Source of the DNA: a virus
Reading direction: 5' to 3' (one strand)
Virus record (IMG/VR): IMGVR_UViG_3300034121_000940
Coordinates: 32,001 to 96,000 of that record
Length of the DNA stretch: 64,000 bases
Shown: positions 19,844 through 29,502 of the stretch, piece by piece
How the letters are laid out: every line of letters begins with the position of its first letter
Position numbering within the stretch: the stretch's first letter is position 1
Position numbers and translations under genes: made by a program
Notes under the pieces: generated by a model
What the model was told of the DNA's origin: nothing
The model's input: the letters and a program-made list of their open reading frames with translations, nothing else
Database searches by the model: none

Positions 19844-22573
19844 CTACTCTTTTTTATCATATTTATTTTTATTTTCTCTAGCAATTGCCAGCTGTTTATC
19901 TGCTATTTCTTTTTGTGCTTGTATTTTTTCTCTTTCAATTTGAGCTTTAGTGGAATCATTATTCATTCTGTTTACTTCCTTTTCTCTTTGAAGATTCATT
20001 TGATCTTGGAATTGCTCAGAATTTTTAATCTCTTTCATAGCATCTAAGTAGTCAGATTGTTTGTTCTCATTTAAATCTACCATAGATCCCATACCAGCAG
20101 CTCTAATTTCAGCAACAAGAATATCTCTTTGTCTATTTTTTTCATCTCTTAACTCTTGAGCATCAAGTTCCATTTTCTTTTGTTTTTCCTGAGACTCAAT
20201 TTGTTGTTGTTGCATTTGTTGTTGTTGCTGTTGTTCTTCTTGTTTTTGTTTGTTTTGTTTTTCTTCAGCAGCTTTAAGAGTATTATTAACTTCAGATACT
20301 GTATCTGCTTGTACAAGTTTTCCTAAATCATATATTGTAGCACCAGTAGTATTGTTTGTCAGAGCCATTTGTTTTAATTGCTCTAATACTGCTCTATGGT
20401 TTGCTGTTGTACTACAGAATATATTAAGATCTCTCATTAATAAATCTGTACCATTTATTTCAAAGTTTACTTTCTCATCATTAGATGTCATGTAGGAAAG
20501 TCTTGCGGACGGTTTTGTTGAATGGTAGTACTGTGCAAGATCTGTTCTCATTGTATGCACGCGCGGCATTAAGTAATCACAGTGTTGAATAAAGAAAACT
20601 TCTGTCTGAGCATAAGATGCTGATGCAGCTTGCTCAACTCCAGTAGCAGTCATTTGTGATAACTGTTGACCCATTCTTTGTGGATTAATTCCAATTACAT
20701 CATAAGCTTGTTGCTTAAAGTGCTCAGCAAGTTTAATCCTTGACATTAACCTGTTAGTCTGTTCTAGATCTAATTTTTGGAAATGTTGAAAGCTTAATGG
20801 GTTTTCTGTATTAGTGATAGAAGTATCTAACGGTAACATTTGGAAATTCTTCATTGCCACATATGCCTTAGATAAATTGTTTTTACCCCAGTCTTCACCC
20901 ATTGAGTGTCTTGGTAATGCATTTTGATCAAGTAAAATTACTGTTCCTAATTCATCTACTAAGATATCTGCTATCTGATTATTTACAATGTTGTATCCAA
21001 TTTGATATGGTTTCATCAAATCAATCAAAGCTGTTGACTTAGTATTTCTATCTGAGAATACAGCTCCTTCTACAGGAAGTTTACAACCATACAAACTATT
21101 ATCTCCTTTAAATTGGAATCTTAATGGACCAATATGATTCTTATCTACACCAATATAAATTGGAGAGAATCCTCCAGGATTATTCATACCCCAGAATGAT
21201 GGAATATTTGGTCCAATTTTTACACCACCCCAAACTTCATTAATCCAGATCCAGTCAATGTGCTCTCCATATACAAGATTCTCTTTTGTTTTATTCTTAA
21301 ATAATCTTGTATCATAAATTGGATTGTCTGTAATCTTATAGTCTTCAGTTATTATTTCATTAATAACTTCACCATTATCTTTTACTTTAGTCAAGTGTCC
21401 AACTTTTCTTTGAGACTTCCAGTAACCTGTAGTTACTCTTAGTAAGTAAGCTGTACCTTGATCATAGTAATCCTCACCTTCAGATAGTATTTGATTGATT
21501 ATATCTCCACCATCATATACAGATCCAGCCATCATAGTGGTATACTGTCTGTATGCTAATGAAGGCATGTTAGTATTCCACTCATGTGACTTAGTTGCAT
21601 CATAGAAAGTACCATCATTTTGTCCACCAATTGCATAACCTGCAGATCTGATTGGGTATATTGCTTCTAATGCTTCATGTTGCTCATCTGTAAGAAGGTA
21701 TCCGTACTTATCAATTACATCAGCAACAGTTAACATATCTACTTTACCAACCCAGTTACCTTGTGAAATGTATCTAGCATCTGGAGACTTGTGATAAAAA
21801 GTAACAGGCGGATTCCATAATTCTACATCATAATCATCTTCCATCATGCGGAAATGCCAGAACTCTCTATCTGTAATAAGCATGTCACGGAAACCTCTTT
21901 CTTCTAATTCATCCATGTGGAATCTTTCAACATCCACTTTATGTTGATGAGAAGCCCATTGTTCTACAAGTGACTTATAATCTTTCTTAAAAAAAGATTC
22001 AATCTGAGGTAATGACTTTAAATTATCTGGAGCTAATTGTTGTTGTGCTTCTGGAGATTCAGGATCTAAACCTTGTTCCATTAATGCAGCTTGTATTTGC
22101 ACACTTGCTTCTGACATTAATGTTTCTTCAACCATCTTTCTTTTCTGTTCCATCATCTCATTATATGAGAATTCATCAACAGCTCTATAAGTAAGTTTGG
22201 TAGATCTTTTAGCAAATTCAGCTACAAGAACATTAATAACATTTGGAATAATAGGATAAAACTTTAATTCTAATGCAGACCAGTCTTCTCTAGTTAATAC
22301 ATCAACAATGTCTCTCATCTCATTGTTTTCTTCAACAATATAATCTGACTTATCAATTATACCTTTAGCCAGCTTATAATTTTTCATTAATCTGCGAGCA
22401 TTTCTGCGGATTTGTTTTAAACCATTCCACTCTAACCAGTCAAGATTCCAAGCCGCCCACTCTTCATCTTTTTCTTTTTTAGGAATAAATTGCAATGGTT
22501 GGGTAATACTACCCATCCTGTTATGTGATGCCTTTGCTCCCTTTTTTAATTGTAGTGCGTTATATACTTGCAT
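19844..22573 (-). CDS. Portal protein
   Basis: 909 aa directly after TerL; YPIIPNVINVL..E motif; Gln-rich coiled-coil C-terminus. Confidence 0.8.
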   Translation of the reverse strand: MQVYNALQLKKGAKASHNRMGSITQPLQFIPKKEKDEEWAAWNLDWLEWNGLKQIRRNARRLMKNYKLAKGIIDKSDYIVEENNEMRDIVDVLTREDWSALELKFYPIIPNVINVLVAEFAKRSTKLTYRAVDEFSYNEMMEQKRKMVEETLMSEASVQIQAALMEQGLDPESPEAQQQLAPDNLKSLPQIESFFKKDYKSLVEQWASHQHKVDVERFHMDELEERGFRDMLITDREFWHFRMMEDDYDVELWNPPVTFYHKSPDARYISQGNWVGKVDMLTVADVIDKYGYLLTDEQHEALEAIYPIRSAGYAIGGQNDGTFYDATKSHEWNTNMPSLAYRQYTTMMAGSVYDGGDIINQILSEGEDYYDQGTAYLLRVTTGYWKSQRKVGHLTKVKDNGEVINEIITEDYKITDNPIYDTRLFKNKTKENLVYGEHIDWIWINEVWGGVKIGPNIPSFWGMNNPGGFSPIYIGVDKNHIGPLRFQFKGDNSLYGCKLPVEGAVFSDRNTKSTALIDLMKPYQIGYNIVNNQIADILVDELGTVILLDQNALPRHSMGEDWGKNNLSKAYVAMKNFQMLPLDTSITNTENPLSFQHFQKLDLEQTNRLMSRIKLAEHFKQQAYDVIGINPQRMGQQLSQMTATGVEQAASASYAQTEVFFIQHCDYLMPRVHTMRTDLAQYYHSTKPSARLSYMTSNDEKVNFEINGTDLLMRDLNIFCSTTANHRAVLEQLKQMALTNNTTGATIYDLGKLVQADTVSEVNNTLKAAEEKQNKQKQEEQQQQQQMQQQQIESQEKQKKMELDAQELRDEKNRQRDILVAEIRAAGMGSMVDLNENKQSDYLDAMKEIKNSEQFQDQMNLQREKEVNRMNNDSTKAQIEREKIQAQKEIADKQLAIARENKNKYDKKE

Positions 22574-22575
22574 AA

Positions 22576-24789
22576 CTATCTTATATTTTTAAATGGAGAT
22601 CTTTTTACATTTTGTCCTCCTGATGAACTACCTGAAGTCCTCCCCATATGACGGAAAGGACTACTGTTTAATTTAAACAAATTTTCTGACTTCTGCAAGT
22701 TTTTGGCTGCTTCATCCTTGATTACGCGCTTAGTATACCCTCTATTGGAGTGTTGTATTTTCATAAATGCTACAAGAGCACAGAATGATACAAGTCTATC
22801 CACGTTGACACCATCAGCATAAGCAAACATTTCTTTGATTAACATGATGTCTGGGATTCTCTCAATACCATATTTTGTTCTTACAACAGTACCATCAGTT
22901 TTTAATTCTTGATCTAATTCTTCTTTGGTATACTCAATAGCATAACTTAATAAATGTGACTTAAACAAAGTACCTGTATTCTTCCAACCATACTCTTGAA
23001 ATACTGAGTTATTAGATCCTAAGTCTTTTAAAAACATTATTTGACTTTTTGGTACCAAGTACTTCTGCTTTTTCCTAGAGATCATGTACTGAATAAATAA
23101 AGAAATGTTATTCTCAATTACCGTCCATGCATTATACAGTTCAATAATGTGCTCTAACATCTTATGTGTTTTGTTGATATCATCATATCTACCACACCAT
23201 GCAGCTACTATTTTATCTGGTTCTATGTATGTCTCAGTTTCAAATCCTGTAACCTTAGTGACTTCTACCGGAGCTTTCATCACATAGATAGAACATAAGG
23301 ATTCTGATGTTGTTGTTTTACCCTCTGCTACGGGGTCAATAGATGCATAGTAAGTACCAAATGATGGATTCTCTATTGGTCTCTCCCATACTACAAGAAC
23401 TCCTGTTTTATCTTCTGTCTTCTTAGATACAGGAAATTCTGTTATAGGTCTTCTATTAGAATGCTCTAATCTTATCTTACCTTCAGCATCTGCTGTTATA
23501 TCTAAGTATTCAGGTGCATACTCTTTGTCTTCTATTCTTCTCTGTTGTGCTGTAAGAAGGTGAGTCGGGAACTTAGATACAGTCCTGTGGTCAAAAGCCT
23601 CCTTGATATTTCTTGGATGCTGAGAAATCCTTAACTGATATGTCTCAGGATCTAATTCTTTTTTCCATGCTTCAAACTGATCATCTAAAGCTTGTAATGC
23701 TTCTTCTACTTTAGAGTTACCATTATGATCTATATATGGTGGCATAGACCATTGCTCAGGTATAAATAAACCTGACACACCTGGAGTACCTTTATCATCT
23801 AAAAGAGCTGTCTCTACTGTGTATATATCATTAGCTACAGGGTCCATAATCATCTTTCTCAATGGTTCACACTGAGATAAATCCCCCACGGATCCTGCCG
23901 CAATAAACATACCTGTAGTAATTAAACCAGATCTCATGGCTGGACGCATATACTCATATGTGCTATCCATCCTAGGAGCAATCCCAGCCTCCTCATGAAA
24001 GAAGTATTTAACCGGACCCCCTACACCATTTGTCGGATCTTTCTCAAATGACATACCTTGAATAGTACCTTTGAGACCAACTTCTGTTTTTCTATCACCT
24101 CTTCTTACCTCAATTTTCTGTTGCCACATCATAACCTTGTCTGGTGACATAGGTCTATACCATGCTGTGTGCTCATTAAGAAAAGCTGCATATTCTTGAA
24201 GAAATTTCCAAGAACCTTTCTCATTGATATAATCTTTAAGACTGGCACCAATCTTTAGAGTAACCCCTTCTTCAAACCATTGCTGATTAATCAGCTTTGC
24301 CATATGGTAATATGAAGATGCTATCTGTCTTTTCTTTAGAATAGCTACATGCTTATAATTTAATTCTGCTAGTATTTCATATAGTGCCATATGATACTGT
24401 GCATCCCGGATATCAGCAAAACCAAACTTCTGAATCTCTTTGTTAAAGATAGGTAAGAAGTTTAACCACATGTAGTAATCCCTGGTCATATACCAAAATT
24501 TACCATTTTCTTTTATTAAGAGCCCTCTTCTACATTTAGCTTTTTGGTCATCCCAATAACTTATAAAATCTTTAGATTTAAAAGGGGCTACACAATAAAC
24601 TTTATCTCTGTTGAACTTACTAGATTCCTGAGTAAACAACATTGTTGTAGTGTCATTGAATTCATACTTACCTGGTTCTTTAAAAACATTAGTAAGTAAA
24701 AATTGAGCAAACTCTTCTCTTGAGTTAAAATCAGTAACAGTCCATGTTCCGTTATCCCAAGTTGGTATGTCTTGATATATTTCTTTCAT
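22576..24789 (-). CDS. terL: Terminase large subunit
   Basis: LKKRQIASSY (Walker A-like), FFHEEAG (Walker B), YYASIDPV RNase H-like nuclease, IENN, NVDRLVS. Confidence 0.88.
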   Translation of the reverse strand: MKEIYQDIPTWDNGTWTVTDFNSREEFAQFLLTNVFKEPGKYEFNDTTTMLFTQESSKFNRDKVYCVAPFKSKDFISYWDDQKAKCRRGLLIKENGKFWYMTRDYYMWLNFLPIFNKEIQKFGFADIRDAQYHMALYEILAELNYKHVAILKKRQIASSYYHMAKLINQQWFEEGVTLKIGASLKDYINEKGSWKFLQEYAAFLNEHTAWYRPMSPDKVMMWQQKIEVRRGDRKTEVGLKGTIQGMSFEKDPTNGVGGPVKYFFHEEAGIAPRMDSTYEYMRPAMRSGLITTGMFIAAGSVGDLSQCEPLRKMIMDPVANDIYTVETALLDDKGTPGVSGLFIPEQWSMPPYIDHNGNSKVEEALQALDDQFEAWKKELDPETYQLRISQHPRNIKEAFDHRTVSKFPTHLLTAQQRRIEDKEYAPEYLDITADAEGKIRLEHSNRRPITEFPVSKKTEDKTGVLVVWERPIENPSFGTYYASIDPVAEGKTTTSESLCSIYVMKAPVEVTKVTGFETETYIEPDKIVAAWCGRYDDINKTHKMLEHIIELYNAWTVIENNISLFIQYMISRKKQKYLVPKSQIMFLKDLGSNNSVFQEYGWKNTGTLFKSHLLSYAIEYTKEELDQELKTDGTVVRTKYGIERIPDIMLIKEMFAYADGVNVDRLVSFCALVAFMKIQHSNRGYTKRVIKDEAAKNLQKSENLFKLNSSPFRHMGRTSGSSSGGQNVKRSPFKNIR

Positions 24790-24799
24790 TATTAATTAA

Positions 24800-25315
24800 T
24801 TAACTATCATATGATAAACCAATTCCTCCGCGCACTTTGCTGGATTGTTCATCTTGTAAGTCTTTGTATACACCTTTAAATGATGCTCTAATCTGATCAA
24901 AGTTTTTTGCTGCAGCAATAAGAGAGTTTATGTTACCATCTCTACCAGCAGTAATTTGTGTATTCTCCATATATCTAGCTAATCTATCTAACATAGATGC
25001 CATACCTTTGTATGCTCTAGATGTTGGAGTTTCATACATTCTTTGACAGAATATTAAAGCTATTCTTATATCTTCATCTTCAGTAGAAAACTCTGCTTCT
25101 ATTTCTTGAAGTATAATAGATTCTTTATCTATTTCTGGTGTATTAAAAAATGGATTCATATCCGGATTTGGACATGTCATGTAAAACAAATACTGGTATA
25201 TCTTTAAGTGATCATCTGGATAGTTATCCATAATATCTTTTAAAGCTTTCAGTGTATAGCAATGTTCAGTAGGTATCACAGTACCATTCTGAACATCAAA
25301 CAATCTTACTATCAT
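24800..25315 (-). CDS. Hypothetical protein, candidate terminase small subunit
   Basis: 171-aa helical protein immediately upstream of TerL; positional inference only. Confidence 0.4.
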   Translation of the reverse strand: MIVRLFDVQNGTVIPTEHCYTLKALKDIMDNYPDDHLKIYQYLFYMTCPNPDMNPFFNTPEIDKESIILQEIEAEFSTEDEDIRIALIFCQRMYETPTSRAYKGMASMLDRLARYMENTQITAGRDGNINSLIAAAKNFDQIRASFKGVYKDLQDEQSSKVRGGIGLSYDS

Positions 25316-26160
25316 TTCTTTTTAATTTTAATTTTATTATCCTTAATGTAATGCATTATTGCATTTACTTCATCCACTAAATATGGGACTGCTATAGGAA
25401 TAACTTCTTTCACAACTGGTTCTCCTGTGTGGTCTCTCTTGACAACTGGATATCCATATTCATCTTCAGATTCTATTTCAAATGTAACATGATGTATAAA
25501 CATTCTTCCAGGTTTTAATTTTGGATTATGTTTAAGCATAATGTACATGTAAATACTTAATTGTATTGCATAATGGTTAAAGTTACAGTCATCTAAACTA
25601 TCTATTGGAAACATCAGTTTGTCTGACATCCCTTCCCAATTTACAAAAGATTCTGTTTTAATCTCCTTATTGGTCTTATAATCTATGATATTTATTTTAC
25701 CATTTACTACTTCAACTAAATCTGATTGACCACAAATACCTGCAGATTTAAGATACACCATGTGCTCAGGATACACACCTTCTTCAAGTTTTTGTGAAGG
25801 AGCCATTTTTATACCACTCTCAAGTAAAGGTACAGGAGCTATAATAGGAACTGTCTTACCCTCTCTTTCTATAGAAGCAAGCGCACATAAATCAGCTTCT
25901 CTTTGATTATGATAATATGTACCAAGAGTTACAGCTCTATCAGCCTCAGCTTCCCAAATTTCCTGAATTTTCTTTGGATCAATACCAAACCATTTAGATC
26001 TTTTATTCTTGGAAACTTTTTCAGCAATCTTTTTTGCTTCAAATGGTTTCTTAAAATGGGATACTAATGTTGTTACACTGATCCAATCAATGTTATCTTC
26101 AGCTGCTAAGCTTTTATAACTGTGATCTGTTGCATTAAAGTATATGCTCATAACCTTCAT
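25312..26160 (-). CDS. PD-(D/E)XK exonuclease-like protein
   Basis: SVTTLV, GTYYH, ICGQSDLV...IIDYKTNK and YAIQLSIY motifs. Confidence 0.8.
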   Translation of the reverse strand: MKVMSIYFNATDHSYKSLAAEDNIDWISVTTLVSHFKKPFEAKKIAEKVSKNKRSKWFGIDPKKIQEIWEAEADRAVTLGTYYHNQREADLCALASIEREGKTVPIIAPVPLLESGIKMAPSQKLEEGVYPEHMVYLKSAGICGQSDLVEVVNGKINIIDYKTNKEIKTESFVNWEGMSDKLMFPIDSLDDCNFNHYAIQLSIYMYIMLKHNPKLKPGRMFIHHVTFEIESEDEYGYPVVKRDHTGEPVVKEVIPIAVPYLVDEVNAIMHYIKDNKIKIKKK

Positions 26161-26482
26161 TTTTTAATATAGTAGCTGCTAATTCTCTTGATGCTTCATC
26201 ATTTGACTCAATCATGTTTAGTATATTAACAGTTTCTTCTCTTGTAAACTTACCTTCTAATACTAGTATTTTAAGAAACATAATAAGATTATTTTTCTTT
26301 AAAGATCTTATAAGTGCCACTGTTATATCCTCCGTTCCTGAATCATCCATGATTGATAAAGGAGCAGTCATCATTGATGAAGTATCAATAGAGTTCCAAG
26401 TAGCACCACCACTGTTACTAGTAATAATACTAGATGTTATATCAGATGCAATTGATATTGGTTGGTTAAAAGGATGTGACAT
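26135..26482 (-). CDS. Hypothetical protein
   Basis: 115-aa ORF in the operon; MIESNDE motif also seen in 53206..53640 and 60619..61035. Confidence 0.55.
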   Translation of the reverse strand: MSHPFNQPISIASDITSSIITSNSGGATWNSIDTSSMMTAPLSIMDDSGTEDITVALIRSLKKNNLIMFLKILVLEGKFTREETVNILNMIESNDEASRELAATILKNEGYEHIL

Positions 26483-26483
26483 A

Positions 26484-26789
26484 TTATTTAAGATTATCTA
26501 GTTTATCTTCATCTTCTTCAGTAACTACAGCATTCCATTTTTCTTTTGGACACTCTGATGATAATGCTCTTGTTTTAAATTTAAAAGCACAACCACAAAT
26601 ACTGCAACAAGGTTGAGAACCTGTAAGTGCACAAGATTTTCCTACTTCATCTTTAAATTCACATGTATTACATACTGCTAATCTTTCTGCAGCAATCTCT
26701 TCAACAAATTCATCTCTTATTATTGAATTTGTAATACCTTCCATAATCTGTTTTCTATTCTTCCAGATTTCCTTTAGACTTGGTTTCAT
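26484..26789 (-). CDS. Cys-rich zinc-binding protein
   Basis: RLAVCNTC...CCSICGC...ECPKEKW. Confidence 0.65.
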   Translation of the reverse strand: MKPSLKEIWKNRKQIMEGITNSIIRDEFVEEIAAERLAVCNTCEFKDEVGKSCALTGSQPCCSICGCAFKFKTRALSSECPKEKWNAVVTEEDEDKLDNLK

Positions 26790-27144
26790 ATTTAGATTGT
26801 TTAAAGTTGGTTTTTCTTTCTTCTTCTTTAGTAATCATTTCATGCAAATTCTTCATTGCTTCAAGTTTTGCTTCCAAAACTTTCTTGTGATGATAAGCAG
26901 CAAAGGTAGATGTATCATGTGTTACTAATTTTGTTTCTATGGTTTCTATACCTTTTTTAACAGCATATGGTTTAGCAGCAAACTGTCCTAAACCATCTAC
27001 GTTAATTCTAGGATGAGCAAGACTTGACAGTTTTTTTCTTAATGTTTTATAAACATGTTCCATCAAATCTTCTACTAAGTTTTGATCAACTTCTAATTCC
27101 TCAGAAATTGTCTTATATAAGTTGACTGCTTTCTTGGGATTCAT
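26755..27144 (-). CDS. HU/IHF-like DNA-binding protein
   Basis: Helix-helix followed by RINVDGLGQF; IHF-like genes lie near the packaging genes in crAss-like phages. Confidence 0.5.
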   Translation of the reverse strand: MNPKKAVNLYKTISEELEVDQNLVEDLMEHVYKTLRKKLSSLAHPRINVDGLGQFAAKPYAVKKGIETIETKLVTHDTSTFAAYHHKKVLEAKLEAMKNLHEMITKEEERKTNFKQSKYETKSKGNLEE

Positions 27145-27502
27145 AGCCTAATAATTTATAGTCAAGTAATATTGTTCCTGCTGTTTGAATTTTCAATGTT
27201 GGATTAAGCATTACTTGTTTTTTATTATTTGGGTCCTTTACAACTAATCCATTTTTCTCAGCTTTGTTTACACAGTTTCTTACAGTTTGTGGAGACTTAA
27301 ATATCCACTCTTCTTCTGCAGAAGCATCATAACAAAAATGAGTTAGTTCTATTGGCTGATTAAAACTTAATAGTGTCAAACAGTTTAAATCAGATTCACT
27401 CATTACTATACGGTTAATATAGCAATGAGTTAAGATCTGAAATTTAACCACATCCCATTTAGGCATTCTAACCTTTTTCTGAACTTGGTTAACTGTTGCC
27501 AT
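27113..27502 (-). CDS. Putative winged-helix DNA-binding protein
   Basis: SPQTVRNCVNKAEKNGLVVK is wHTH-like. Confidence 0.5.
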   Translation of the reverse strand: MATVNQVQKKVRMPKWDVVKFQILTHCYINRIVMSESDLNCLTLLSFNQPIELTHFCYDASAEEEWIFKSPQTVRNCVNKAEKNGLVVKDPNNKKQVMLNPTLKIQTAGTILLDYKLLGYESQESSQLI

Positions 27503-27504
27503 TC

Positions 27505-27786
27505 TTATGATTTTTTAAGTTTTCTTTCTGCTGTAGGAGCTGGTGTTTCTTCATCCTCTTCACGGTCACTTGTGTCTTGCTCTTGTTGTGCCGCCATGAT
27601 GTTAGCCCATTGCATTTGAATTGTTACTCTCTTAAATCTAGCTTCCTCAATTTCTGTTAGTAACTTCTCATACTTAGATTGTGCTTCCAAATAAGGTACA
27701 GACTCTTCATAGAAAGCTTTCATTTCTTCCTTTCTCTGAATTAATTCTTCCTGAGTTAATTCTCTTTCATCTGTTACATTTTCCAT
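27505..27786 (-). CDS. Acidic coiled-coil hypothetical protein
   Basis: 93-aa ORF heading the operon. Confidence 0.6.
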   Translation of the reverse strand: MENVTDERELTQEELIQRKEEMKAFYEESVPYLEAQSKYEKLLTEIEEARFKRVTIQMQWANIMAAQQEQDTSDREEDEETPAPTAERKLKKS

Positions 27787-27851
27787 TTTTTATATTTTTA
27801 AAGTTTAAACAAAAATACTAATAAAGTTTAAATTTTAAATATTTAAAAACT

Positions 27852-27881
27852 AAAAAATCCAGATGTATAAACACCTGGATT
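27852..27881 (-). terminator. Intrinsic terminator
   Basis: AATCCAG(G/A)TGT stem with a U6 tail on the minus strand. Confidence 0.65.
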
Positions 27882-27909
27882 ATTGTAACCACCATTACGG
27901 TAATGAGCA

Positions 27910-28068
27910 TTACCTATTTTTAACTGTAAAATTTAATAAAGTAAAACAGTAAAAATCTCTACTTGCATCAATTTCAATACTAAACAAATCTAAACTAGAT
28001 AGTCTTACTTTAAGAATTAATTTATCCCATTGTTTATTTTTAGATACCCAATTATTTCTTAGTTTCAT
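27910..28068 (-). CDS. Small hypothetical protein (52 aa, absent from the ORF track)
   Basis: MKLRNNWVSKNKQWDKLILKVRLSSLDLF...; ATGA-coupled to the lysin gene. Confidence 0.55.
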   Translation of the reverse strand: MKLRNNWVSKNKQWDKLILKVRLSSLDLFSIEIDASRDFYCFTLLNFTVKNR

Positions 28069-28661
28069 ACTGGTTCAAATTCATTTAATAAGACGTAAGT
28101 AACTTTTTTTTGAGACTTTAACATTTTTACAAGAGCTAAATGTTTTTGTTTATTATTACAAACTTGACAACCAGCAGACCAAGTACCAATATTTTCTTGC
28201 TCACCTTTAAAAGAATCATCATAAGTAGCAGCATGAAAATTAATACCATAACCAGAACCTTTAATTGGAACTCCAATTTCTTCTGATTTGTTATCTCTAT
28301 CACCATCTCTAAAAATTATAAAATTACCAACTTGTTTTAATGCTGGCATTTTACCCATATGTAAACCATATTTCCATACATTATAATACCATTCATCAGC
28401 TTTAACAATAGCTGCACCTAATTTATTATATTTTAAAAAACCACCTTCTAAAACAGGTGTTCCTGGATTTGTTGTCCCTAATAAAACAGAATCAAACTTT
28501 TCACCTTTAAATATATAAAATTTATCATCAAATTTATTAGGTGCATCTTCATTTGATCTTACACCCAAAATCCAATAATCTTCAGGAATAGATTTATATG
28601 ATGGTAATGACTTTACTTTTGCAAGCAATTGCTTATCATTGTATGCTCTTACATTAATCAT
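28065..28661 (-). CDS. Putative endolysin (YkuD/L,D-transpeptidase-like His-Cys peptidase)
   Basis: TTNPG and GINFH...WSAGCQV motifs; adjacent to holin-like genes. Confidence 0.6.
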   Translation of the reverse strand: MINVRAYNDKQLLAKVKSLPSYKSIPEDYWILGVRSNEDAPNKFDDKFYIFKGEKFDSVLLGTTNPGTPVLEGGFLKYNKLGAAIVKADEWYYNVWKYGLHMGKMPALKQVGNFIIFRDGDRDNKSEEIGVPIKGSGYGINFHAATYDDSFKGEQENIGTWSAGCQVCNNKQKHLALVKMLKSQKKVTYVLLNEFEPV

Positions 28662-28671
28662 AAATTAGTTT

Positions 28672-28899
28672 TTAATGTTCTACTTGAGAATCTTCAACTG
28701 TAAACTGAGACATAGTTGCAATCAATCCACCTCCAAATGCTGCATATGTTCCTGCGGTAATGATGACTGCTGGTAATGCGATTGGTGCTGTAGCAATAAA
28801 TGTTCCTAATGCTGTCAAACCTAAACCTAGACTTTGTACTTTTTTCCAAAATTTAGGTGTTGGCGAAAACCATCTTTGTTTTAAAGTTAATCCTTCCAT
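28672..28899 (-). CDS. Holin-like membrane protein
   Basis: 75 aa; TPKFWKKV followed by two hydrophobic segments; next to the lysin. Confidence 0.65.
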   Translation of the reverse strand: MEGLTLKQRWFSPTPKFWKKVQSLGLGLTALGTFIATAPIALPAVIITAGTYAAFGGGLIATMSQFTVEDSQVEH

Positions 28900-28901
28900 A
28901 A

Positions 28902-29210
28902 TTATACTGTTTTTGGTCTTTTAATTATTAACTCTCTTACTGCATCTGAAAGTTCACTAACATGCTTGGCAAGATTTTTAATTTCAAGCTGAGTCAACTC
29001 CTGAATAGCTTGATATTTTAATTGGTTTTCTTGTTGTACTAACTCAATTTTTCCTTTAAGTTTTCCAAGTTCTTCAGATGTTTTTGTATGATTATTTATT
29101 AATAGCTCAATGTCTTTTCTAGTATCATTGTAAGCTGTTCTTAAAAAGAAACCAAAAATTGTAATTATTGTTGCTGCAATAAATAATATAACTGTAAGCA
29201 TTTCATTCAT
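28902..29210 (-). CDS. Membrane-anchored coiled-coil protein (lysis module)
   Basis: N-terminal TM helix plus coiled coil. Confidence 0.55.
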   Translation of the reverse strand: MNEMLTVILFIAATIITIFGFFLRTAYNDTRKDIELLINNHTKTSEELGKLKGKIELVQQENQLKYQAIQELTQLEIKNLAKHVSELSDAVRELIIKRPKTV

Positions 29211-29257
29211 AATAAAAATTTTTATATAATAATATACTAAAAAAATTCTACAAACTA

Positions 29258-29500
29258 CTATAAATAGTACTCATTTCTTATCTGAATTGGAACATTGTCC
29301 ATCTCTTGAAACTTTTCAAATAAGATAGGTGTCTGAGTAATAGTTAATCCAGGTATTTCTTCTAATGCTTCTTGCTCATTAGGAAAAATAAAAAAGCTTG
29401 CTATGTAATCTGATATCTGTGAATCAGATGGTCTTAAACAAACATTAGCCTCTAAATCCGGCTCAATAAAATAACTTGTTGATAATGTAAACTGTTTCAT
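29258..29500 (-). CDS. Hypothetical protein, possible fibre chaperone
   Basis: 80-aa ORF following the fibre gene. Confidence 0.5.
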   Translation of the reverse strand: MKQFTLSTSYFIEPDLEANVCLRPSDSQISDYIASFFIFPNEQEALEEIPGLTITQTPILFEKFQEMDNVPIQIRNEYYL

Positions 29501-29502
29501 AA